In this document: piece after piece, positions 26,316-38,030 of the stretch
How positions within the stretch are numbered: position 1 is the first letter of the stretch
Layout: each line of letters begins with the position of its first letter
Assembly: GCF_018977255.1 (NCBI RefSeq)
Contig: NW_024704743.1
Location: 104,162,001-104,226,000, forward strand
Reading direction: 5' to 3'
DNA from: Callorhinchus milii
Taxonomy: Eukaryota
DNA length: 64,000 nucleotides
Notes under the pieces: generated by a model
Databases searched by the model: none
What the model was told of the DNA's origin: nothing
What the model saw: only the letters and a program-made list of their open reading frames with translations
Position numbers and translations under genes: made by a program

Positions 26316-26461
26316 ATGACGCACTGGATCCTCAGGAAGTGCTTAAGGAAATTACACAGGCTGTTTTTGACAGCTTCAACTTCTACTCCATCACAATCCA
26401 AGTGGAGCAGTATGTTGACTCAAACCCAGAGTGTGTGTTTTGCCAGGACCCTAAAGATTAA
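26316..26461 (+). CDS. SLC30A8: ZnT8 exon 8 (C-terminus with CxxC, stop)
   Basis: DDALDPQEVLKEITQAVFDSFNFYSITIQVEQYVDSNPECVFCQDPKD*; cttacag| acceptor; TAA at 26459..26461. Confidence 0.95.
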
Positions 26462-26742
26462 AGCATCAGATTCTCTATCGGTCTGACCAATGTTTGGCAA
26501 AGCCAATGAATTCCGCTGTGGTATAAAACAGGAGGTACTGGAAATTTACAGCAGCTCCATGAGTCTCTGACTTTTGATGAATGATCTGATCTGAAATGTA
26601 AACTTGTTCTCTTGCAGATTCTGACTGACCTGTTATGTATTTCTAATATTTCTGCAATTTTATTAACTTGTCTGGAATTCACAGTCCTTTATGATCTCTG
26701 AAAAATCATGGACCCTGAATTGGCTCAACCTTTAGGATAATT

Positions 26743-26874
26743 CAGAATTTTGGGGAAAAAGGTTTTAAGTTCAGTATTAACTTAGAAGCCAATTTTGTGC
26801 AGAAACAAAAAAGAAGTGTGGAAAATTGGCTTCTAAATTAAGACCAAATTTAAAGAATATTTTCCAAACTTCTG
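26743..26874. repeat. Imperfect palindrome (MITE-like remnant) in the probable SLC30A8 3' UTR
   Basis: Perfect 15-bp arms TTAGAAGCCAATTTT (26782) and AAAATTGGCTTCTAA (26822), extended imperfectly to ~54 bp. Confidence 0.7.
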
Positions 26875-28544
26875 CCCAGCCTAATTTTTAACAAAACGTT
26901 TGTTCGCTCAAGAACATGAGAAATATTAGGTTCCAGATGCGTTGTCATTTATTGTACAAAGAAAAATGGAATAGACTGTGAATAACCCACTGCAACACCC
27001 AGCCACAGCACAAAATGTTTTATATTTGTATTGGTATTTCTATTCTCCCTATTTCCAGTGTTCTCCTCTCTTGAATGTGGTAATTTATATTGGATACAGT
27101 TCCATAGGTGTAATTAGATCTTTGGTTCCTCAACCAAATGACCACTCTTCTTGTATGAGCCCAGACAGCAAATATCAGCGACTATCTGACCATGGCAGGT
27201 GGGCAGAGGGATGGCATTACAATCTATCCTGATCCTGACCTGAAACCCACACACACAATTTCTGGGAGGGTCAGTTACCAGGATTATGATCAAAATTCCT
27301 GCAGTGCAGTGAAGTTTCTATGGTGAGACCATACATGTGCAAATTGATTTTTTTTTGCTGGAGTGCAAAGGTAGGATTTTAATAACAACTTTTGTATGGG
27401 GTTAGGGAAAGAAATAAAACAAAAGTCATAGGAAAGAAGCAGAAACATTGAGAGTTAGAGAGAGAGGAGAGAAAGAGAAGGAGAGACTGAGTGAGAATGT
27501 GAGTGAGACTGTAAGAGAAGAGTCAAAGAGAGAGAAAGAGAAGGGCAGGCACAGGGTGGTCATACAATGATGTTATAACTTCTGATGGAACCAATTTTTT
27601 TAGTTAGTGCTGTAGCCGATTTGGATTTTATGTGATGTCAATTATTCGCTTTGTTTTCTTAATTACAATTAATATGGATAATCAATCCCCCAATATTGTT
27701 CATGAATAGAACAATTGTTAGTATCTGACTTGTTTTCCTGAATTTTCAACGTTCCAAAATAAATCTCACTTTTTACCGAATTTACCTGTGTCACCTTTAC
27801 CTTTATTTTTTCCCTTTTTTTACACAAAAATACACGCTGAAAAAATCTGAAAAATACCTGGGTTTCTATTTTTAGTTACAAATTGTGTCTGATTATCTTT
27901 TACAATGTACAAACATTGTAATTATTTTATAACTATGCTGAAATGATTGAAACGACCCATTTGCATGCACGTATGCTCATAAATTGTACAGTTCCTCTGC
28001 TAGGGTCTGTCTGTTTGGCAACAGTAGTAATACAATAAAAGTAATCCTTGCATTTGCTATAGCATGTTACCACAACATCAAAATGTCTCCAAGCGCCCAC
28101 AGAACAGGTGAGGGCTCTGAGAGGAACAGAAAATATGCAAAACATGTGACACCCCTAGAAAGTAGCTGTTTATATATAAAATGCTCCCTTTACAAAAGCA
28201 GTATATTATTTACTAAAATGGACTGTGGAAAAACTGATGTCTGTGAAACATTTCTCACCTCCTGGATTTTCAGCCTGTAAATGCCTTTCCTATTCATGAA
28301 TGCCAAGGGATATGTGTTGCCAAGCGCGTGCAATCCACTCTCTTCCCCTGCTGACGACCTTCAGGAAATAGATGGGATCCTAAAAGTCAAGCAGTGTGTC
28401 AAACTGTTCTTTTCAACTAGTTTCAAACTTAATATGCTTCTGTGCATTGGTCAGTGGACCGGTGGACATCAAGTTGTCTGCCTCCTCCCGAGTCTTAAGA
28501 GAACTTACAGAAAACTGACTTCAAAATTAAATAATAATAAAGAT

Positions 28545-28851
28545 AATAATAATAATCTTTGCATTTGATATAGCGCTTTTCACGTCTTCTAGACATCTCA
28601 AAGCACTTCACAGAATGTACTGTAAAGTGAATTGACTGTATATTTGTAGGCGAAATGCAGCAGCCAATTGCGCACAGCAGTGTCTCACAAACAGTCATGG
28701 ATTCAGTGACCAATTTATTATTATTTTCTTGAGGGATTATTATCAGGCATGTGGAGTAAGGAAACTTGCCAACATTTCGCCCTACTGGGAATCGAACCCA
28801 GATCTCTCGCTTGCGAGGCGAGTGCTCTAACTACTGAGCTACAGGACTCCA
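28545..28851 (-). mobile_element. SINE family A, short subfamily
   Basis: Full reverse copy; head anticodon-loop triplet CGC. Confidence 0.85.
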
Positions 28852-28981
28852 AGAAGCCCCATTTAAGAATTTGTACAATTCTTGACGATCTGAAACGCCA
28901 CATTAATAGAGTAATCTGGACCCAGGTGGTATTTCTTTCCCTTCATAAGGCACTGTTGAGGAGAAAATCCTATCTAGAATT

Positions 28982-29067
28982 ACAACAACAACAAAATGAC
29001 ATTTATAGAGCGCCTTTCACGTCGGGAGGACATCCCAAAGCGTGAAAGGCGCTCTATAAATGTAATT
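28982..29067. repeat. Fold-back of L2 3' termini: perfect 23-bp inverted repeat
   Basis: ACATTTATAGAGCGCCTTTCACG (28999..29021) and CGTGAAAGGCGCTCTATAAATGT (29041..29063), 19-nt loop. Confidence 0.9.
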
Positions 29068-30369
29068 ACTCTATGTGATATTTTACAGCATTAGAATTTG
29101 GTCCAGTCTTACATACTGGCTCAGTTTTGAAGTTGATTTTTCTGTAAGTTTATTTTAAGAACTACAGAAAATTAACATCAGTATTAAGATTGAATTCAGG
29201 AATTTGCCCAAATTCTGGATTCTCTAAAATATTATATGAATAGTGTAAATTTAGACCAGCAGAAATTTATCCTCAAGAACTTTGACCCCAGAGTACTTTA
29301 AGCCAAAGAAACATATTATGCACCCTGAGAAGAATGAAAGGATCTTATATTCTAAATACCTTTTCAATTTAATAATAATAATCCTTGTATTTGATATCAC
29401 ACCTTAGCATGTTGTTGAGACTTTACAAGTAATATACTCCAGAGTAAATTGACTGCATATTTTGTGGGAGAAATGTGGCAGCCAATTGTGCTCAGCAATT
29501 TCCCACATACAGTCGTGGAGTCGTGGATTGAATGACCAATTTGAATATATGAGGGAGAAGGGAAACGAGAGATATAGGTGAAAGGAATAGAAGTGATGTG
29601 GGTTCATTTTGAATAGTTACACCATTATGCACAAGTTGGGCTAAATGTCTTGTTTCCATGCCCAACCACAATATATAACTTGTATATCACTTGTATGTAA
29701 TTTGTAATATGTAATTTGTTAAGAACATTTTGCTCAATTATTTCGCCCACAAAATGCTATATCAAATGCAAGAATTATTATTATTAGATACAGTTGTAAG
29801 GAAGTCCTTGGCTTGGTTACTGGCATCGTTATAATAATAATAATAATAATAATCGTTCACCTTCATTTAGGGTAATTTTACAGTATATTGATTTTTAAAA
29901 ATAGTATGACTCAAAAATGTTTCGTATAAGATGTAATTTAGCCTCAAATAATTAACTATTGCACAGTAATTGGAAGCATTTATAAGATGCAATTGCACAA
30001 CATATTGCTTAATGAAATGAACAGTGGACCCATTTTTTCAAAGACTTTGGTGTCTGTCCAACATTTTTAATATCTATGCTTTAACTTTGCAAACTGATCA
30101 TGTTAAAACTAATCTGTGGTACTGGAATGATGAGCTATTTGAAATGATTTCCTCTGTTGCAATCACAGCGACTGCTTCCATGTTTCATTGCTTTCTCTCT
30201 GAGGCAATGCTACCAGGGCAAAGTATTTGGAAACTTTAAGCAAGATTATTAAAAACATTAACCCACAGAACCCACATTATATTTTATATGCTGACAATGC
30301 AAAGCTTGGGGCAGCCCCTATGGTGGTGATTTGAGATGTCTTCCCAAAATGAAAAGTGCTATGTCAAAT

Positions 30370-30830
30370 CTTTGCTTGCGTACTTACCAAACTCTGTACC
30401 CCCATCTCACCAGTCAGTTCTGGCCAGGCCCCATCATCGAATGGATCGATTTCAAGATCCTCACACGTGTTCAAATCCCTTCACTCCCTGACACCTCCCT
30501 ATCTCTTTGACCTCCTCACTCCACCACCCCAATCCACCACCTGGCGCTTCCACTCCACTGGCAACGGCCTCCTGCTTGTCCCTCGCGCCCTCTGCTTCAC
30601 AATCGGGGGTCGCGCATTCAGTCACTATGCCCCGAAGCTCTGGAGCACTCTCCCTCAATCCCTCCACCTTGCCCCCTCTCTCCCCTATTTCAAGTCCTGC
30701 CTGAAAAGTTTCCTTTCGATCATGGTTACGGTCACCTCACCCCCAACTCGGAGTCAGGCTCCTCCACTGTTAAGCACTCTGAGACCCTATCCTATGTGGA
30801 TAGAGCTATAAAAGTACAAGTTGTTCTTGA
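30370..30830 (+). mobile_element. L2 LINE 3' fragment
   Basis: VFKSLHSLTPPYL...TIGGRAFSHYAPKLWS. Confidence 0.8.
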
Positions 30831-32253
30831 TGTAAGAATTATTATTATTACTGTATTATTATTAATTCCTGGGGATTAACTAAACAACTAGCCTCAATGC
30901 CTGTTAATGATAATCACGCAGAGTTTCAGATTGGCATTTCCTTACAGATTCAGAACCTGATGAGTATAACTGATAGGAGGGACAGCAAAATCTGTACTTC
31001 ATATGCCAAGAACCACTATTTTATTAGTCTTCAAAACTCTAGAGTTGTATCTCACACTGGGATGTGAGATACAGTTGTATCATCTCTAATGGGATTTCTT
31101 AATAAAGTGTGACTTGTGGAAACTCGGTTTTGACAGAATGTACTTTCAGAGCAGAGTAACCACAAGTCAGCCTGACACACTTTTAGTTACTTGATTTCCT
31201 TTCCTTATTAAGGAAACCTGTTTGGCTTGGGTTTCCTAACCAAAATGTACTTTGTTCAACAATTCTGTCATCGGGTGTTAGCTTTACTGGGGAGGAAGTT
31301 TGGTGAAATATCAGTTCATCACAGTTTGCAAAGTTTCAATGTTGGATTTACATCTGTTCGACCTTTCATAAACTTATATTTTTATATTCCTTACCTTTCT
31401 GGAGTAGTGCTTTATCTCCCCTGATTGTTATTTTCAGAAAAAATGTCAGTGTTGAATCTACCATGTCAGTGACACAATTGTTGGAATCAGAAATATGTTA
31501 TTGCTTAAAATATTATTTTGGTTCAGTTAGAAATACTTTGGTTTATTAGCTAACCTGTGGAATCTGGATAATAAATTATTTGCTTGTTTAGGTGAATGTT
31601 GTTTATCACATGCTTGTCCATATTGAAATGATTTGTAGACACTATAAGCCTAAACAGAATCAGCACAATTGTAGAGCTTGTGTCTAAGTGTGACGTTCAT
31701 GATGAGTGAGTTGGTATAACTTTAGATAAATTGTTATGAAAAGATGATAGTATGTATGTCTTGAAGAGTTAAATTGGTTCAGAAGTAAGAAATGTGCTTA
31801 TTAGAGCTGCAATTTTTCTCTTTAATTGTTGATGTAACTGCATTGTTATAATCAAAATCAGCTCATGGGTGCTGTATCCAAGGACGATCTCAGTTTATTC
31901 AAACCAACCGGTAAACAACATCAGACTTGTGAGGACGTGCAGATTCGCACAGACAATCCATGTTGGTGTTAAAAAGGGACAAGGAGAAGAGGTATAGCTG
32001 AGCTACACTTTACTCATTCAGAATTGATCATCATGGTGCTTGGACTGAGATGGTGAGAGTGAGTATATTTTTCGCTTCCTTCACTCCGTGAATCAAGCCA
32101 CTTGACCTTGATTGTCCCAGTGATTCACTGGAATCAGTGATCCATCAGAAAAATGTAATAGAGAAGAAAAATGATGATACAGGAATATAGTTGAAACACA
32201 ATTGGGACCGACAAGGATGTTTGACTTCTTAATTTGATGATTAGAGCGCCAGT

Positions 32254-32619
32254 TATAATAATCCTTGCATTTGATATAGAGCCTTATCACATCTTTGAGA
32301 CGTCTCAAAGCGCTTCACAGAATATACTGTAAAGTAAATTGACTGTATATTTGTGGGCAAAACACGACAGCCAATTGTGCACAGCAATGTCCCACAAACA
32401 GTCGTGGATTGAAACGACCAATTTATTATTTTTTTAAGGATTTATTAGCCCTGGAAAAGCGATCTGCCAATCGACTAACAATCTGGTTCCTACTTACTGC
32501 CAGGTAAACAGAGGTATCTGGAGTAAGGAAACTTGCCCAACTTTTCACCCTGCCGAGAATCAAACCCAGGTCTCTCGCTTGCAAGATGAGTGCTCTAACC
32601 ACTGAGCTACAGGAATCCA
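32254..32619 (-). mobile_element. SINE family A, long subfamily
   Basis: Full reverse copy. Confidence 0.85.
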
Positions 32620-32770
32620 GTTCCAGAGACAAAAGCACTCGCTAGTTTCAATTTGAAGGCAATGTTTGCTAGTTTCAGTTCGAGAGGCAGCATCTGCCAG
32701 TTTCAATTCCAGATACAAAGCTCTCTAATTTCAGTTTCAGAGACAATGCTTACTGGTTTGAGGTTTCGAG
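32619..32770. repeat. Degenerate 28-bp tandem array with ISRE/IRF-E-like core
   Basis: Units start at 32644, 32671, 32699, 32727 and 32755 (AGTTTCAATTTG, AGTTTCAGTTCG, AGTTTCAATTCC, AATTTCAGTTTC, GGTTTGAGGTTTC), plus a truncated unit at 32619. Confidence 0.7.
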
Positions 32771-35204
32771 TCACGAATATTGCACGAGATCTTGAGATCA
32801 CTGCCTACTGCTTATGAATTTCTGAACTTTAATATTGTCATTACATTAATATTTACGTGAATATAACAGTCAATATTGTTGGTAGTGACTTGTTTACTGT
32901 AACTATGTTTATTAAACTAACAAACTAATGCAACCTTTCTGCCTCATTAAGTAAACAAGCTTTGAGAATACAAAATACTGGTGACTTTGATTCCTCTATT
33001 CATGGGTCCTAATATATATATTCCAGCAAACAGAATAAGTTAATCTTTCAGATGTCAACAGAGTGGTTAACTCCACTACTAACTGTACTTTTGAACTCAA
33101 CACAATGAAGGTGGGAATGAAACATAAGAGGAGCCACTTATCTACCATCAGTATAATTAGTAACACAATTACATTTGGTGGCAAAAAGTTTAAAAAAATG
33201 ACATTGTTAATCATTTATTATAATACAGATTTCTATTTCGCCTATTAACGTAGGATTTATTCTTAACTCAATAGATATTGATATTGAGTAATTGTAATCA
33301 TGGGTCATGTTTGCAATATTTCCTGGCAAGGTTTCTTAATCCAATTCCTTCGGAAATATGTTGCTTGAGGATGGGGACTGCTCTGAAAATAGATTTGATT
33401 GGAGTGCCTCACAAGTTACATCAGCCGTCTTGAATTCTTAATTAAGAAATGAGGCATTGTAAAATTGACCCCACTATCTCAGCTAAGATCATATGAGCAG
33501 TGTTCGTTGTCGATGAATGGATGCATTGTCCTCTTATAATTGCAGTAAATCTCTCTGACGGCAATAAGCAATCACCAGGTTCAGATAATATTGCAGGTAG
33601 CAGATTGCAGATCCTGGGAACCCCCAAATTCTTTGGATTTATTAATCCATAATGAAAGCGTGTACACCCTGACCTTAAGAATAGCGGATGAAACTGAAAA
33701 CTAAAAACCATAAGCAGCAGAATAATTGTGTCAGAGAGGTTTTGAACTTTTCCAAAAGATAACCATGTAACCTGGATTTGATGGAATAAACTCCCGAGCT
33801 TCAATATGCCTTTGAGGAGGTATGTCAAATGTTGAAGTAAAATAAATTTAAGATATGAATCTGATGCTGCAATTTAAAACCAAGCTACTGATAAACTTGT
33901 ATGCTAAATTATTAAAGTGTTCTATCTACTACAACAACAACAAATAATGCTTGTATCGAGCCTTTCAGGTCGGATTGATGTCCCACGGTATCTAGATGAT
34001 GCAGAAAAAGCTGTCACTACACTAGTCAGATCTTTCTGTAAAGTAATTTGAGCATTTTGATTTGATAGAATGCAATATAATGCTATAAAAGTGCAAGTTC
34101 TTTCTTCTTTACTTAACCGTAGGATCAATACTGAATTACAGATGATTTCATATTGCAAACTGGGATCCATTAGAAACTGAATTGAGGTTGCTCAAACTCA
34201 TCGCATTGTGTGCGTTTTCATAAAGAGGAGGCAAGCATTTCATCAGTCTGTGCTGTGTTTGAATCCAGTTTCCAGAGGTGAAAGACCCAGTAAGACCTAA
34301 CAATCCTGGCAGCAGTCACCGAATCTTTAAGCATGAGCTGCAAAAGGGGAAGTAGAACAGATAGCTGATTGTTTTTGACTAAGTAAATGTTCTACAAAAT
34401 GATTTTCCAGTTTTTTTTCCTATTACTCAAAATCACTGGCAACCAGACCATTCTGAGCCTATGTTGAAAGAAAGTATTAGCACAAGGAGGTCATTATAGT
34501 TCTGATTTACGGGAAATTCAGATTTTCCCCAGAAAATCCATCATCAGAATTACTCAGTGACACGATAAAAAACTTTAATTGAACAATGTTTACCACATGA
34601 GCTAAGTGTCATTTTAAAGTATATTATATTCCACTCCATTGAGGTCTCCCAGGATTTGCAAGGTTAGAATATTTTAATGAAGTAATCTGTGATAGTTTAT
34701 GTCACAACAAAGTCAATGCCAGTTGATTTGCCTGAACTTCAATAGTTTATGTTTATGTTTTAGTTTATGTCTAAGCTGCACTCATTGTAAAAATTCAGTT
34801 TCTGAATTCTGCTCAATTTGCTAAAATCATTTTAAAATCATTTTAATAAGCAGTGTACACTGAGTGAGACAGAGCACAATAAACCCCATTAATAGAAAAA
34901 TGTTGGCCCATCTGCCCAAATGGTTCAGATCTTCTTGCTGTTTACCCTGCATGTTCAGCACTTTGGGACTGTTCAGTGCCTTGGGACGTCATCCTAACGT
35001 GAAAATGTAATTTTGTTGTTGTTGTTGCTTATACTAGTCACCTGGTCACACATTTTAGTAATGTGTTTTAACACATTTATTTTATAGCACAACTTTTGGT
35101 TATAATGTGTTTGCAGGGTGGACCCCATTCACTGAGCATGTTTGCAACTAACCGCCTCACTTCCCGTGCATCGGCTGGCTTTTGGACTAAAATGATCAAG
35201 TTGT

Positions 35205-36560
35205 ACAATACAATACAAAATTACATTTGTGAAGCGCCTTTCACATCGTGAGGATGTCCCAAGGCGCTGAACTGTCCCAAGAGCAGAGAGGGTAGTATCG
35301 TGGCTGAAGGCACAGTCGAAGAAGAGGGTCTTGAAGCATGCCTTGAAGGAGTGTGGGATGGAGTTTCAAAGGGTGGGGGTAGAGATGCTGAAGACCTGAC
35401 AGCAGAGAGTGGGGCAGGCCGGGTGGGGGACATGGAGGAGGCCGGAGCCTGCTGAGTGGAAGAAGCGGACAGGTTGACAAGGGTTAGCAGGTCAGAGAGG
35501 TAGGATGGGGCAAGGCCATGGAGGGCCTTGAAGGTGAGGATGAGAATTTTGAACTTGATACTCTGAGGGATGGTGAGCCATTGGAGGCGGGTGAGGGTGG
35601 GTGTGATGGGGTCACAGAGCCTGGTGCGGGAGAGGACATGAGCTGCAGAGTTCTGGATGATCTGCAGATTTGTAGAGGGAAGAGTTGGGAAGGCTGACAA
35701 GCAGGGCATTGAGCCTGGTTGTAATGAGGGCATGTATGAGGGTTTCGGCGGTCTTAGACGTGAAGCAGTGGCAGAGTTGGGCAATGTTGCGGAGGTGGGG
35801 GAAGGCAGAGCGGGTCATGGCATGGATGTGGGGGAGAAAGGACATTTGAGGGTTGAACGAGATGCTTAGGTTCCTGACTGGCTTGGTGAGATGGAGTGTG
35901 CATCCATGGATGCTGATGCTGTTAGTGTCTAAGGTGTGGAGGCGCTGGCGTGACCCAATCAAGAGAGCCTCGGTCTTGCTGATGTTCAACTGCAGAAAGT
36001 TAGCTCTCATCCAGAACTTGATGTCTGACAAACATTCTGTCAGGCCAGCAGTAGTCCTGGGGTTGAGGGTGGAGGCAGAATGATAGAGTTGGGAGTCATC
36101 TGCGTACATGTGGAAGTTGACCCCATGTCTGCGGATGATGTCACCAAGAGAGAGCATGTACAGGTTGAAGAGGAAATGACCGAGGACAGAGCCCTGAGGA
36201 ATTCCGCACAAGACGTGCGGGGGTTGGAGGAGAAGCCATTTGTGGAGACAAAGTGGAGCCGGTGTGAAAGATAGGATCTGAACCATTCAAGGACAGAACC
36301 TTGAAGGTTAAGGTGAGAGGAGAGGTGGTAGAGGAGGATAGAATGGTCCACAGTGTCAAAGGCAGCAGAGAGGTCGAGGAGGACGAGGTGACAGAGGGAG
36401 TCCTGGTCACAGATAGACAGAATGTCATTTGTCACCTTGACCAGGGCTGTTTCCGTGCTGTGGGCAGCATGGAAACCGAATTGGAGGGGTTCGTGCAGGG
36501 AGTGGCAGGAGTGGAAGGAGTGAACCTGGCAAGCAACTACTCTATCAAGGACCTTGGCAA
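35205..36560 (-). mobile_element. L2 LINE, decayed RT through 3' end
   Basis: [43 protein letters not shown] and FLQLNISKTE on the minus strand; (TTGTA)n tail. Confidence 0.93.
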
Positions 36561-36805
36561 GGAAAAGGAAAAGTGCTTCCCTGGGCAAAGTTTTCAGCAG
36601 CCATAATCAATGACTGCCAGAAACGCATTAAGATAATGCTGGTTTTCATCCTCTTCAGTCAACAAGTTCACCTTGCAACATTGAGAGTGGGAGTGATCAG
36701 TACGGTTTACACTGCGGGTGAAATTTTTACCTTGGTACATGAATAAAAATGTTACCTATTGCAGTGGAAACAGGTTTTGTAATGGGTTTATTATCGATGC
36801 TCAAT

Positions 36806-37755
36806 CCCCATCACCATGCTTAAGAGTATCCCAACCAAACTGAGAATTCCATGCATCCCACCTACAGATGGAAATCCCAGAGATAGATTGTTGGAATGGA
36901 ATGCACACTCTCTCCCTGGAGGGATGGATCCTGCTTACCTAATTCTGGAAAGCATTTGGCGCAGGTTGGCCTAATACTTTCCTTGGCTTGGATTGGGGTC
37001 CCCAGAGTATGTTTTGTGGTACTGCTGGATTCCAACCAGCTAAAACCACATAGCTTGCCATTTATATCGCTGTCTCTCAAGATTTCCTGCTGCTTGTCCA
37101 GCTAGGACCACCATACCCATTAGGGCTTTGGCTTGCAGGGTTAACAGGAGCTGAGTGGGTTGACTTCCTGCTTCCAGTGACTGGTCGGCCCTTCCAGGTT
37201 CTGCCGATGAGCCAGGCTGGTTGTGCTGTAATCAGCAGTGCCCTGGAATATTGCAGACCTGCCTGGCTCTGGAATTGGACTGTTGAGACCATCACAGAGG
37301 GCTCGATTCTGACATCCATTGCCAGGCATGTCACCTTAGGCAATGGAATTAGTTCAGTTCTAAGGAGATCCCACTTACCTCCCCCCAAAAGAGGATAGTC
37401 ACTTAGTTGGTCGTTTAACATCTGATAATAATGGGTTTGATCCCTCACTAGGCAGATGGTGGGGGCTCAAACTCCCTAATTGATCATGAATTGTTTGCTA
37501 AAAGAGAATCAAAGATATAAAAATAATCCTTGCATTTGATTTTGCTATTGTCTTGCATGCCGAAGAGGATCTCTTAAAGTGCTTCACAGGAATTTCTTTG
37601 TTGTGTTGTGTTCTGACGTTGCATTTTGTAGCTGGTTATATTTTGAATGCAGAAATGGGCATGCGTTAAGTAATTACTTACAAAAGATCAGAGAAAATGA
37701 TTTGAAGAACAAAAGTAGAAAATTAATGATTAAGGATTGAAGATGAAAGGGAATA
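36806..37755 (+). repeat. Left arm of ~0.95-kb inverted duplication (copy 1 of an unidentified sequence)
   Basis: Collinear reverse complement of 39268..40500 once the SINE at 39499..39820 is removed. Confidence 0.92.
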
Positions 37756-38030
37756 TGAGGTCAAAGAGAAGTGTCTTGGGATGTGTCTTGAAAGAGGCAA
37801 GGGAGGGAGCGAGGCGAAGGAAATGGCAGATGGAGTTTCAAAGGTTGGGGGCAGTGAGGCTGAATGCCTGACCGCCGATGGTGGGACGGGCTGGGCGGAG
37901 GATGTGGAGCAGGCCAAGGCCTGCTGAGCGGAGAAAGCGGACAGGTTGATATGGGGTTAGCGGGTCACAGAGGTAGGAAGGAGCAAGGCCTTTGAGGGTC
38001 TTGAAGGTGAGAATGAGGATTTTGAACTTA
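37756..38030 (-). mobile_element. L2 fragment abutting the left arm
   Basis: Matches the L2 ORF2 C-terminal region (KFKILILTFKTL...TIGGQAFS). Confidence 0.8.

Noticed and set aside
10254..26461. Assignment as SLC30A2 (ZnT2)
   Set aside because: Despite ZnT2-like segments, the TM5-to-C-terminus residues and the adjacent FAM167/AARD-like gene favour SLC30A8; a phylogeny is still needed for certainty.
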